In this document: one piece after another, positions 28,993 through 38,351 of the stretch | How positions within the stretch are numbered: position 1 is the first letter of the stretch | Layout of the letters: every line of letters begins with the position of its first letter | Assembly: GCA_963767005.1 (NCBI GenBank) | Contig: CAVYCN010000004.1 | Coordinates: forward strand, 64,001 to 128,000 | Length of the DNA stretch: 64,000 bases | Source of the DNA: an uncultured Actinomycetes bacterium | GTDB taxonomy: Bacteria; Actinomycetota; Thermoleophilia; UBA2241 | Reading direction: 5' to 3' | Program-made: the position numbers and the translations under genes | Notes under the pieces: generated by a model | Seen by the model: only the letters and a program-made list of their open reading frames with translations | Told to the model about the DNA's origin: nothing | Databases searched by the model: none

Positions 28993-29804
28993 GCGCCCTG
29001 GCGGCGGTCGCCGGCTCACACTTCAGCTTCACCAACGTGGCGGTGGCCGTCGTCATGGTGGCCGTCGCGGTCGGTCTGTCGCGCTGGCGGCGACTCGACC
29101 TCGAGCGCGACATCGTGCTCGCCGCGATCCGCGCTTTCGTGCAGCTCATGGCGATCGGCTACGTGATCGACCTCATCTTCCGCTCGCGCAGCACGGTCGC
29201 CGTGGTCGCCATGCTGGCCGCCATGGTCGGCTTCGCGGCCTTCACGTCGGGGCAGCGCTTTCGTGGCCTGCCGCGCCGCTTCGGCATCGCCCTGGCCGCG
29301 ATCGGCCTGTCGTCGCTCGCCACGCTCGGCCTCATGGTCGCGCTCGGCATCATCTCGCGCGACGCGCGCTACCTGATCCCGATCGGCGGCATGGTGGTGG
29401 GTAACTCGATGAACGTCGCCTCGGTCACCGGCGTGCGACTGATCGAGGACACGCGGGCGCAGCGCGCCGTGGTCGAAGCTGCCCTCGCCCTCGGGGCGAG
29501 CCCGCGCCAGGCGGCTCACACGGTCCTGCGTCGCGCCGTGCGACTCGCGCTCATCCCCACGATCGACAGCACCAAGACGATGGGCATCGTCTTCCTGCCC
29601 GGCGCCATGACCGGCATGATCATCGCCGGCGCGGACCCGCTCGACGCCGTGCGCCTGCAGGTCGTGATCATGTACATGCTGCTGACCGCGGTGGCTGTGA
29701 CGGCCGTCACCGTGGGGTTGCTCGTGGTGGGCTCGCTGTTCACGGCCGAGCAGCAGGTGCGCCGCGTGGGCGAGGCCGCCGCGGCGAGCGACCGTCCGGC
29801 CTAG
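28989..29804 (+). CDS. fetB: UPF0014 permease (FetB/YbbM-like)
   Basis: RAFVQLMAIGY, IPIGGMVVGNSM, LALGASP, GIVFLPGAMTGMIIAGADP. Confidence 0.85.
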   Translation: MSALAAVAGSHFSFTNVAVAVVMVAVAVGLSRWRRLDLERDIVLAAIRAFVQLMAIGYVIDLIFRSRSTVAVVAMLAAMVGFAAFTSGQRFRGLPRRFGIALAAIGLSSLATLGLMVALGIISRDARYLIPIGGMVVGNSMNVASVTGVRLIEDTRAQRAVVEAALALGASPRQAAHTVLRRAVRLALIPTIDSTKTMGIVFLPGAMTGMIIAGADPLDAVRLQVVIMYMLLTAVAVTAVTVGLLVVGSLFTAEQQVRRVGEAAAASDRPA

Positions 29805-31063
29805 CGGCTGGCGATCGTGTCGACGGCGACCTGCCAGGAGGAGCCGTCCCAGTGCACGATGAGCGGCGTGCTCGACGTGCCGGCGCCGGTCGTGCCGGCG
29901 ATCCACACGTCGGTGGGCGACTGCGCCGCGACTGCGCCGAGCTGCACGTGCAAGAGAGCGGCGATGCCCATGTCCTGGGCCGCCACCGGGCGCCAGGTGG
30001 TGCCGTCGTAGCGGGCGACGCCGGCGACCGCGGCGAGCCACACGCACGCCGGCGTCGGCGTCGCCAGCGTCTCGCGCACCCCGCTGAACGTCTGCGACAC
30101 GTCGAGCCACTGCGTGCCGTCGTAGTGCTGCAGGAGGGCGTCGCCGGCGGCCCAGACGTCGCCGGAGGACGTCACCGCCACCGTGAGGAGACCGCCGTCG
30201 CTCACGCCGGCGTCGGCGACCTGCGACCAGGCCGCACCGTCGTATCTCATCGCTAGGACGTGGCTGCCGTCGGCGGCAACGCCGACCGCCCAGAGGCCGG
30301 TGGGGGTGCCGGCGATCGCGTTCAGTGCGCCGCCGCCGGGGGTGGCGGGCAGGACGGCCGTGCGCCAGCCGGCGCCGTTCCAGTGGGTCGCGTAGGGGAC
30401 GCCGTGGGAGCTGCCCACCGCCCACACGTCGTTGGCCGCAAGGACAGTCAGGCCGCGCAGCACGGCGCCCTCGTCGTGCGCCGCGGTGAGCGCCGTCGTC
30501 CACTGCGCGCCGTCCCAGTGCACGACGCCGCCCGACGGGCCGAGGGCCCAGGCCTCGCCGTCGGCGGCCACGCCGACGGCCGTGAGCGGACCGACGTCGG
30601 GCACCGGCGTCTCACGCCACGCCGTGCCGTCGTAGTGCAGGGCGAAGGAATGTGCGGTGCTGCCGCCGGCGGCGTCGCCGCGGGCGCCGACCGACCAGAC
30701 GTCGATCGGCGAGAGCTCGGCGATCGCCGCGAGGCTGTAGCCGACGTGTGCGGCGCCGGGCGAGGGCGACGACAGACCGGGCACCAGCGGCTCGACGTAG
30801 GCGGGGGCGCCGCCGCCCGGTCCGGCGAGCACCGCGTTCGGCGACGCGGTGCCCTGGGGCCGTTGGTTGACCGCCAGCAGGCCCACGGTGAGAGCGCCGA
30901 CGCCGACGGCCAGGGCCGCCGCCAGGGCGAACGCGCGGCGCGGCGCGAGCGCGCGGCGCGGACGGCGCGCGCCGGCGCCAGTGCGTGCCGGCGCCGCTTC
31001 GGCGGCGCAGCGCTGCAGCTGAGCGCGCAGGCCGCTCAGGTAGTCGTCGAAGCCGCCGCTCAT
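29801..31063 (-). CDS. Single-TM protein with extracellular repeat domain; putative anti-sigma factor
   Basis: Short cytoplasmic N-terminus, one TM, repeated DVW(A/S)VG...H(W/Y)DG..W units; ATGA-coupled to the ECF sigma. Confidence 0.65.
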   Translation of the reverse strand: MSGGFDDYLSGLRAQLQRCAAEAAPARTGAGARRPRRALAPRRAFALAAALAVGVGALTVGLLAVNQRPQGTASPNAVLAGPGGGAPAYVEPLVPGLSSPSPGAAHVGYSLAAIAELSPIDVWSVGARGDAAGGSTAHSFALHYDGTAWRETPVPDVGPLTAVGVAADGEAWALGPSGGVVHWDGAQWTTALTAAHDEGAVLRGLTVLAANDVWAVGSSHGVPYATHWNGAGWRTAVLPATPGGGALNAIAGTPTGLWAVGVAADGSHVLAMRYDGAAWSQVADAGVSDGGLLTVAVTSSGDVWAAGDALLQHYDGTQWLDVSQTFSGVRETLATPTPACVWLAAVAGVARYDGTTWRPVAAQDMGIAALLHVQLGAVAAQSPTDVWIAGTTGAGTSSTPLIVHWDGSSWQVAVDTIASR

Positions 31064-31767
31064 CGCCGTTCCGCCTCGTCGTGGCCGTGATCGCGGTCGT
31101 CGTCGGACTCGTCGCGCAGGGCGGCGAGGTCGCGCGCCAGGCGCTTGAGCCCGCGGCTCACGCGCTGCCGCATGAGGTCCTCGCTGCAGCCGGCGAGGCG
31201 CGCCGCCTCGGGGTACGAGAGGCCGTCGACCACGCGCAGCACGACCGCCTGGCGGATGTCGCCCTTGAGGGCGTTCAGGGCGCCGGCCACCACGTCACGC
31301 ACCTGCTCGAGGTCGAGGAGCTCCTCGGCCCGCTCGAGAGCCTCCGCCGGCACCTCGAGCCGCTCCATACCGAGGCGTTCCCGCCACTGCGTCTCGACGC
31401 GGCGTCGCCGGATGTAGCGGGTGAGCTGGCGCCGCGCGATCGTATAGAGCCAGGCCGTGGCCGCTCCCGGGCCGGGGTTGCGAAAGCGGGCGCGCCCGGC
31501 GAAGGCCTGCGCGAAGGTCTCGGCCGTCAGGTCGGCCGCCACCTGCGAGTCGTAGGTGCGCCGCGCGAAGAACGCGAGCAGCCCGGCCGCATGGCGGTCG
31601 TAGAAGGTGACGAACTGCTCCGGACATGAGGCCGATCCCTCCAGGAGCTCCTCGTCGCTGCGCAGCGCCAGGCTCGCAACGTTGCCGTCCCTGAGTGGGC
31701 TTCTGTCCAGTAAGTGCACGACGTTCATCGCCTGTGACAGTCCTTGCGCCGCGCTTCCTCGATCCAT
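31060..31767 (-). CDS. ECF (sigma-70 group 4) sigma factor
   Basis: AADLTAETF, AWLYTIARR (region 2); LSYPEAARLAGCSEDLMRQRVSRGLKRL (region 4); start may be 31728. Confidence 0.88.
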   Translation of the reverse strand: MDRGSAAQGLSQAMNVVHLLDRSPLRDGNVASLALRSDEELLEGSASCPEQFVTFYDRHAAGLLAFFARRTYDSQVAADLTAETFAQAFAGRARFRNPGPGAATAWLYTIARRQLTRYIRRRRVETQWRERLGMERLEVPAEALERAEELLDLEQVRDVVAGALNALKGDIRQAVVLRVVDGLSYPEAARLAGCSEDLMRQRVSRGLKRLARDLAALRDESDDDRDHGHDEAERR

Positions 31768-31908
31768 CAGGAAAGCATCGGCGGACCGGGGCCCACGCTG
31801 AAGGGCCGGCGGTCGGCGGCGGCGGCGGCGCTCAGGCGCGTGGGCGCGAGGAGATGCGGAGGGCGGGCGCGGTGACCGGAGGGGTGCGGAGGACGGGCGC
31901 GGCGGCGC

Positions 31909-34812
31909 CTACTTGGCCGCCTGGAGCGCCTTGAGCGTCGCCGAGAGGGCCTTGATCTGTGTCCCGTACCCCGAGAAATCGCCCGCCTTGAGCGCCGCCT
32001 GAGCCGCCTGGAACTCGCGGTTGGCCTGCGCGATCAGGGTGCGGACGCGGCCCGTGACCGGCCCGGTAGGCGTGGTGGGCGTGGTCGACGCCCCGGGCGA
32101 GCCGCTGCTCGCCGCGGCCGGCGCGGTGCCGAAGATCTCGGTGAGCGCCGCAGCGAGCGTAGGCTGCATGGCCACGATCTGCTGGCCACCGATCAACGTC
32201 ACACCGGCCGACGTGCTCGCCCGGTAGAAGACGACCACGCGCTTGAGCTGGGGGACGGGCGTGACCGACGATTGCAGGTAGAGCGGCTCGACGTAGAGGA
32301 GGGAATCCTCGATCGGGATCACGAGCAGGTTGCCGATGATCACGTGCGAGCCCTGCTGGCCCCACAGCGTGAGCTGTTGCGAGACCGTCGGGTCCTGGTT
32401 CACGGCCGCCTCGACCTGGGTCGGGCCGTAGACCGTGGCGTTGCTCGGGAACGCGAAGCTGACGGCGCGGCCGTAGTTGGGCGCGTCGGACTGGGCAGCG
32501 AGCCAGCCGATCATGTTCGGTCTCCCGTTGGGCACGAACGGCAGGATCTGCACGAACTCGTCGCGGGTCTGCCCGGGCAGCCGCATGATCACGTAATAGG
32601 GCTCCATCTGGCCGGTCGGCGCGGAGAGTGAGGTGCCGGTCGGGATCGCCCACTGGTTGTTCTTGCTGTAGAGCACGTTGGGCTGGGTGACGTGGTAGGT
32701 CGTGAACATCTGCGACTGCACATTGAAGAGGTCCTGCGGATACCGCACGTGGGCCAGCAGCACCTGGGGCATGCTCGAGAACGGCATGAACATGCCGGGG
32801 AAGATCTTCTCGTACGCGCGGATGATGGGGTCGGTGGGATCGGCGACGTAGAACTTCATCGAGCCGTTGAACGCGTCGATCACGACCTTGACGGAGTTGC
32901 GGATGTAGTCGATGCCGCCGGTCGGCTGCGAGTACGGGTAGCGGTCGGTCGTCGTGTAGGCGTCGGCGATCCAGTACAGCCGGCCGTTCGCGATCGCCAT
33001 ATAGGGGTCCTGATCGAGCGTCAGGAACGGCGCCGCCGCGTGCAGGCGCTGCACGATGTTGTTGCGCAGGATGATGCGGCTGCCGGGTTCGATCGCGTTG
33101 CTCGTGAAGAAGCGGATCGTGCCGAAGCGCACGGAGAAGGCGAGGCGGTTGAAGAACGAGTTGATGGGGATGCCGCCACTGCCGGTGTAGTGGTAGTTCG
33201 CCGGCCCGTTGGGATAATCGAACTCGGCCGTCTTGGTGTCGACCAGGGTGTAAGTGGTGCCGAGCAGCCCGTAGTAGATGCGCGGCTGGGTGATGGTGAG
33301 GTCGGGTGCGCTCGAGGTCGGGGGCACATCCTGCACAAGGAAATCGGGCGAGCCGTCCGAGGCCACCTGGTTGACCGCCGAGACGACCGCTCCGAAGCCG
33401 TGGGTGTACGTCGTGTGCTGGTTCACCCAGGTCTGCGACTGCGACGGCAGGCCGGCGATGTTCAGCTCGCGCGGCGCCAGCATGGTCTCACGGTACACCC
33501 CGTTCACGTCGTAGCGGTCGATGCTCACGGTGGTGAACTTGTAGTAGGGGCGCAGCTGCTGGAGCTGGCCGTAGCTCGTCAGCAGGGTGTTCTGATCCCA
33601 CAGACGGATGTTGCCGATGGTGCCGCTGTTCGTGACGAGCTTCTGGGTGTTCAGGTCGCCCGTCAGCGGGTACTGGGTCTGCGTTATCCGGTCGAGCCCG
33701 TACGCGGCCCGCGTGGCGGCGATGTTGTAGCCGATGTAGGTGCTCTCCTTGGCCTCCTGGTTGGGGCTCACGATGAGCGACTGGACGACCGCCGGGAAGA
33801 TCACGCGGATCACGATGAGGGCGACGACCCAGCCGCCCAGGCCGTAGAGCGGCCAGCGCCAGCGACGGCGCCAGAAGCCGTTGGCGATGAGCAGCGCACC
33901 GAGCGCCCAGCCGATCACCATCATGACGCGCATGCCGGGCAGCCCGGCGTGAATATCGGTGTAGCCGGCGCCCGCGACGACCCCGCCGCTCGAGAGCAGC
34001 AGGTCCCAGGCCTTGAAGATGTAGCCCGAGCCGGCCAGCGCGATGACGATGCCCAGCAGGACGGACAGGTGCGCCACCGACTGACTGCGCGGCCGCACGA
34101 CGAAGCCGACCGTGCCCTGTCCAGGACCGCGCACGAAGGGGCCGCGGCCGAACGGGCCGCGAGGCGCCTCGGGCTGCTCAGTCGCCGGCGCCGGACGCTG
34201 CTGCGCGAGCACGAGGCCGCCGAGGGCGCCGTGGATGATCACCGCGACGACGAGGCTCGCGATGAGCGCACCCAGCACGAGGCCGTAGACAGCCTCCCAG
34301 GCGGGCAGCGTGAAGACGTAGAAGCCGATGTCGTGGTGGAAGATCGGGTCGCGCGTGCCGAACGGCACGCCGTTCACGGCGCGCTGGAACAGCAGCCAGT
34401 CGGCCGATGCGCCGGCGCCGACGATGATGGCGATGATGGCCGAGAGGATGAGGCCGCCGCGGCGCAGTGCCTGGACGGTGCGCTCGTTGACGTACTCGAC
34501 GACGTCGATACCCTCGAAAGCGCGGTGGCGCGGCGACAGCCGGCGCGCGATCTCGACGTTGCCCCAGAAGATGGCGAAGAAGATGGCGGCGGCGGCCACG
34601 CCGACGATCAGCCGCGACCAGATCTCGCGCCAGAACACCACCCGCAGACCGATCTCGCCGAACCAGAGCCAGTCGGTGTAGGCGAGCAGGTACAACGCGA
34701 ACAGGACCACGGCGAGGATGACGGCCGCGACGACGATGCCGATGAGACGGCCACGATGGTGACCGGCCGGCGTCCCCGGCTGCTTCGCCGGCATGTGGTA
34801 GACCTTGGCCAT
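31909..34812 (-). CDS. UPF0182 family membrane protein
   Basis: TDWLWF, DPIFHHDIGFYVFTLP, GAGYTD, NIRLWD, YTHGFG, PRIYYG, YIRNSVK, GNLLVIP; CATAAT 6 nt before the ATG. Confidence 0.93.
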   Translation of the reverse strand: MAKVYHMPAKQPGTPAGHHRGRLIGIVVAAVILAVVLFALYLLAYTDWLWFGEIGLRVVFWREIWSRLIVGVAAAAIFFAIFWGNVEIARRLSPRHRAFEGIDVVEYVNERTVQALRRGGLILSAIIAIIVGAGASADWLLFQRAVNGVPFGTRDPIFHHDIGFYVFTLPAWEAVYGLVLGALIASLVVAVIIHGALGGLVLAQQRPAPATEQPEAPRGPFGRGPFVRGPGQGTVGFVVRPRSQSVAHLSVLLGIVIALAGSGYIFKAWDLLLSSGGVVAGAGYTDIHAGLPGMRVMMVIGWALGALLIANGFWRRRWRWPLYGLGGWVVALIVIRVIFPAVVQSLIVSPNQEAKESTYIGYNIAATRAAYGLDRITQTQYPLTGDLNTQKLVTNSGTIGNIRLWDQNTLLTSYGQLQQLRPYYKFTTVSIDRYDVNGVYRETMLAPRELNIAGLPSQSQTWVNQHTTYTHGFGAVVSAVNQVASDGSPDFLVQDVPPTSSAPDLTITQPRIYYGLLGTTYTLVDTKTAEFDYPNGPANYHYTGSGGIPINSFFNRLAFSVRFGTIRFFTSNAIEPGSRIILRNNIVQRLHAAAPFLTLDQDPYMAIANGRLYWIADAYTTTDRYPYSQPTGGIDYIRNSVKVVIDAFNGSMKFYVADPTDPIIRAYEKIFPGMFMPFSSMPQVLLAHVRYPQDLFNVQSQMFTTYHVTQPNVLYSKNNQWAIPTGTSLSAPTGQMEPYYVIMRLPGQTRDEFVQILPFVPNGRPNMIGWLAAQSDAPNYGRAVSFAFPSNATVYGPTQVEAAVNQDPTVSQQLTLWGQQGSHVIIGNLLVIPIEDSLLYVEPLYLQSSVTPVPQLKRVVVFYRASTSAGVTLIGGQQIVAMQPTLAAALTEIFGTAPAAASSGSPGASTTPTTPTGPVTGRVRTLIAQANREFQAAQAALKAGDFSGYGTQIKALSATLKALQAAK

Positions 34813-34960
34813 GGCGCCATTATGGCAGATTGCGGGCCGGTCGAAGCCCATTGCAGTCGGACGGCCGCCGAGATGACGGCGGCGGCGGTCGGCTCGGCGC
34901 CCGGCGGCGGCCGCGACGAGAGCGAACCGGCGCTACTCCGCCGGGCGACTTCGTCGTGGG

Positions 34961-35172
34961 CGCTCAGGCGAGCGTGGCTTCGCTGCGCGCCTAGTGCCGA
35001 TGATCGACTGCGTCGTCACCGCTCAGGCGAGCGTGGCTTCGCTGCGCGCCTAGTGCCGATGATCGACTGCGTCGTCACCGCTCAGGGGAGCGTGGCTTCG
35101 CTGCGCGCCTAGTGCCGATGATCGACTGCGTCGTCACCGCTCAGGCGAGCGTGGCTTCGCTGCGCGCCTAGT
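34961..35172. repeat. Tandem array of a 59-bp REP-like unit (3.6 copies)
   Basis: cgctcaggcgagcgtggcttcgctgcgcgcctagtgccgatgatcgactgcgtcgtcac at 34961, 35020, 35079 (1 mismatch), plus a 35-nt partial copy at 35138. Confidence 0.95.
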
Positions 35173-37255
35173 CGGCGGCGGGTGCGGGACCGGTCAGCGG
35201 GTCCCAGCGCCGCGCCTCGTCGCCCAGGAAGGCGAGAAAGCGATTGACCATGCGCGGATCGAGGCGCCGGCCGGCCGCGGCGCGCAGCGCCCCGGCGCCG
35301 TCGGCGCCGCGCGTGAAGGTGCGCAGCACGGCGAGGGCGCGGGCGACGCGCGGGATGTGGTCGCCGCGCAGCCCCTCCGGGTAGCCCGTGCCGTCCCAGC
35401 GTTCGTTGCCGTACAGCAGGGCATCGACCAGGTGGTCGACCGCCGGCGTCTCTCCGCCGGCGGAGAGCGGCACGGGTCCGCCGCCCGGCCGCTCGTCGCC
35501 GGCGCTCGCGGTCTCGAAGGCCCGCAGCGCCCCGGCCAGGGCGTCGACCTCGCTTGCCGAGAAACCCATGCGCGCGGCGAAGCGCCGGCCGAGACCGGCG
35601 AGCGGCGACTCGCCCGGCGCTGTGGCGCCGCGGCCCTCGTCGCCCGACGTGAACACGCAGTTGCGGCCGCGCGCCTTGGCGCAGAGCAGGGCCGCGTCGG
35701 CCGCTCCCAGGACGCCGTCGGTGTCGGTCGCGTGGCGCGGGAACGAGGCGATGCCGACCGAGATCGTCACCGAGAGGCCGGGCTCGATCGCCGACAGGTC
35801 GGCGACCTGGGCGCGGATGCGCTCGGCCACCCGGCTCGCCTCGTCGACGTCGGCGTGCGGCAGGATCATGGCGAACTCCTCGCCACCGTAGCGGGCCGCG
35901 AAATCGGACTCACGCGAGCAGCTCCGCAGCACCTCGGCCACGTCGCGCAGCACGTCGTCGCCGCGCTGGTGGCCGACCGAGTCGTTGACCGCCTTGAAGC
36001 GGTCGAGGTCCATCATCAGCAGGCAGAACTCGGTGCCGTAGCGCTCGGAGCGCGCGACCTCGAGGCCGAGCGCCTCCTGGAAGCGGCGGTGGTTGTAGAG
36101 GCCGGTGAGACCATCGGTCGAGGCCTGGACCTCCATCTCCTTGTACGAGCGCGCGTTGCGGATGGCGATCGCCGCGAGGTTGGCGAAGAGCTGCACGTTC
36201 TCCATCTCGCGCTGCTCGAACGTGCGCCCGGCCAGGCGATCGACGGCCAGCAGGCCGATCACCGCGCCCATGAAGCGCAGGGGCACGAGCACGGAGGCCT
36301 GCGGCTCGAGGTCTGTGCCGGGCACGAGCACCGCGCGCGGATCGTGGATCATGTCGTTCACGAGCTGCGGCTCGTCGTGACGCACGACCCAGCCGCCGAC
36401 GCCCTGGTCGAGCGGCTGGCGGAAGCGCAGCATCTCGTTCGCCCACTTGTCCTGGGCGAAGATCGTGACGAGCTCGTTGGCGCTCTCGTCGACGAGCGCG
36501 ATGTCGATCGTGTCGTGGTCGACGAGCATCTTGAGGACATCGGCGATCTGGACGAAGACGGCGTTGTGATCGAGTGTCGACAGCAGCGCGCCTGACACGT
36601 CGAGCAGCTCGTGGCGCACCTTGAGCTGCTGCTCGAGCAGGTCGGTAGTGTGCTCGAGCTCCTCGTACTGGCGGGCGCTCTCGACGGCGGCCGCGGCGAA
36701 CGTGGCGAAGACCTCGAGCTCCTTGGCCTGATCGAGCGTCGGCAGCCGGCCGTCGCCGGGGTCGCCCAGGTCGAGGACCCCGATCATGCGGTTGGAGCGA
36801 TCGCGCAGCGGCACGAAGAGTTTGTCGCCGCGCTGCCACGAGCCCACGGGGCGCGGCGACTCGCCGGGAACGGGCGCCGGGAGAGGGAACAGGCGGCGCT
36901 CCTCGTCCGTATACTCGTGCTCGCGATGATCGATGAAGAAGGCGCAGCCGATCTGGTGGCGCTCGGCCAGGAACGGCCCGAAGGCAGCGACCGGCACCGG
37001 CGTGTCGAGGATCGCCTGGTCGCGAGCCTCGTCGCGCCCCACCACGGCGTGCGCGCGGAAGACGTCGCCTTCGGCCGCGTTCAGATAGACGGTGACTTCG
37101 TCGAAACCGAACGTGCGCGCGGCCCCCGTCGCGATGGAGCGCACCACGCCGGAGAGGTCGGGGCTCGATCGCAGCAGGTTGCCGAGCTGCACGAGACTCG
37201 CGAGAAGTCCGTCCACACCGGGATCGGTCGATCGTTCCTTGCTGAAGATGCCCAG
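35168..37255 (-). CDS. Diguanylate cyclase: GAF-GAF-GGDEF with degenerate HD-GYP remnant
   Basis: TDGLTGLYN, DLDRFKAVND, RESD I-site, YGGEEF; C-terminal ERWDGTGYP without an HD motif; start CTG 37255 or GTG 37216. Confidence 0.88.
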   Translation of the reverse strand: MGIFSKERSTDPGVDGLLASLVQLGNLLRSSPDLSGVVRSIATGAARTFGFDEVTVYLNAAEGDVFRAHAVVGRDEARDQAILDTPVPVAAFGPFLAERHQIGCAFFIDHREHEYTDEERRLFPLPAPVPGESPRPVGSWQRGDKLFVPLRDRSNRMIGVLDLGDPGDGRLPTLDQAKELEVFATFAAAAVESARQYEELEHTTDLLEQQLKVRHELLDVSGALLSTLDHNAVFVQIADVLKMLVDHDTIDIALVDESANELVTIFAQDKWANEMLRFRQPLDQGVGGWVVRHDEPQLVNDMIHDPRAVLVPGTDLEPQASVLVPLRFMGAVIGLLAVDRLAGRTFEQREMENVQLFANLAAIAIRNARSYKEMEVQASTDGLTGLYNHRRFQEALGLEVARSERYGTEFCLLMMDLDRFKAVNDSVGHQRGDDVLRDVAEVLRSCSRESDFAARYGGEEFAMILPHADVDEASRVAERIRAQVADLSAIEPGLSVTISVGIASFPRHATDTDGVLGAADAALLCAKARGRNCVFTSGDEGRGATAPGESPLAGLGRRFAARMGFSASEVDALAGALRAFETASAGDERPGGGPVPLSAGGETPAVDHLVDALLYGNERWDGTGYPEGLRGDHIPRVARALAVLRTFTRGADGAGALRAAAGRRLDPRMVNRFLAFLGDEARRWDPLTGPAPAAD

Positions 37256-37442
37256 CGGGTGACCCCCCCTTGCCCGCGCGTCCCACCGTCGCGCACACTG
37301 CGAAGCCGTGCCCGTATAGTAACCCCAGACAGGAGCCCGCGCGGGGGTTCCGGAGGGCCTGCGGGCCGGTATGCGTTGTCCGGGCTGTGCACGCTCGGGC
37401 GGCGGCGGGGTCCGGCCACGGCCGGACCCCGCCGCCGCGCCG

Positions 37443-38271
37443 TCACGCGTCGTAGGGCGGCAGCTTGAGGATGCGGCGCGCCTCGTCGGGCGTGGCGGCG
37501 TCGCGGTCCCACTCCTTCGCAAGACGCGCGACGCGCCCCACGAGCTCGGCGTTCTCCTTGGCGAGGACGCCCTTGTGCAGGAAGATGTTGTCCTCGAAGC
37601 CGAGGCGCACGTTGCCGCCCAGGGCGAGGGCGGTCATGGTTATCGCCATGTGCCAGCGGCCGATGCCGGTGCAGGTCCAGGTCGAGCCCGCGGGCAGCCG
37701 GTCCACCAGGAAGGCGAGGTTGCGCGGCTCGCCGCTCATCGAGCCCGGCACGCCGAGCACGAAGTCCCAGTGGGTGAGCGGCCCGGCCGGGCCGTACTTC
37801 TTGACCAGCTTCAGCGCGTTGTCGATCTGGCCCGCCTCGAAGATCTCGAACTCGGGGCGGACGCCCTTGGCCTGCATGCGCTGGTAGAACTCGCTCATCA
37901 GGGCGGTGTCGTTGAAGAACACGTCGTCGCCGAAGTTGGCCGTGCCGGTGGTCAGCGACGCCATCTCGGGACCGAGCTCGAGCGGCTGCAGGCGCTCGTC
38001 GGCGGTCATGCCCATGGCACCGCCGGTCGAGGTCTGGATGATGATGTCGGTGCGCTTGCGGATCTCCTCGATGGCGGCCGCGAAGACCTCCTTTGCCTGC
38101 GTCGGAGCGCCGGTCGCGTCGCGCACGTGCAGGTGGAACATGGCCGCACCGGCCTCGCGGCAGCGGGACGGCGTCGGCGCCGATCTCGACGGCGCTGACC
38201 GGCAGCGCCGGCTGCGCCTCTTTCGTCGTCTCGGCGCCCACGCCGGCGACGGTGATGATCAGCTTCTCCAT
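37443..38271 (-). pseudogene. kce: 3-keto-5-aminohexanoate cleavage enzyme (BKACE/DUF849), split by a +1 frameshift near 38166 (real or assembly error)
   Basis: N-terminus MEKLIITVAGVGAETTKEAQPALP in one frame; RCREAGAAMFHLHVRD, QTSTGG, GGNVRLGFEDN in the other; one extra C in GTC-C-CGC. Confidence 0.85.
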
Positions 38272-38351
38272 CGGACCCTCTCTCAGGTCGTCGGTGTGCG
38301 CGCGGCGGCGACGATCCCCTCCACCCGCGCCTCCTCGCGTTCAGGCGGCCG

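Noticed and set aside
34961-35172. CRISPR array
   Set aside because: The 24-nt segments between palindromes are identical rather than unique spacers, and there are no cas genes in the window.
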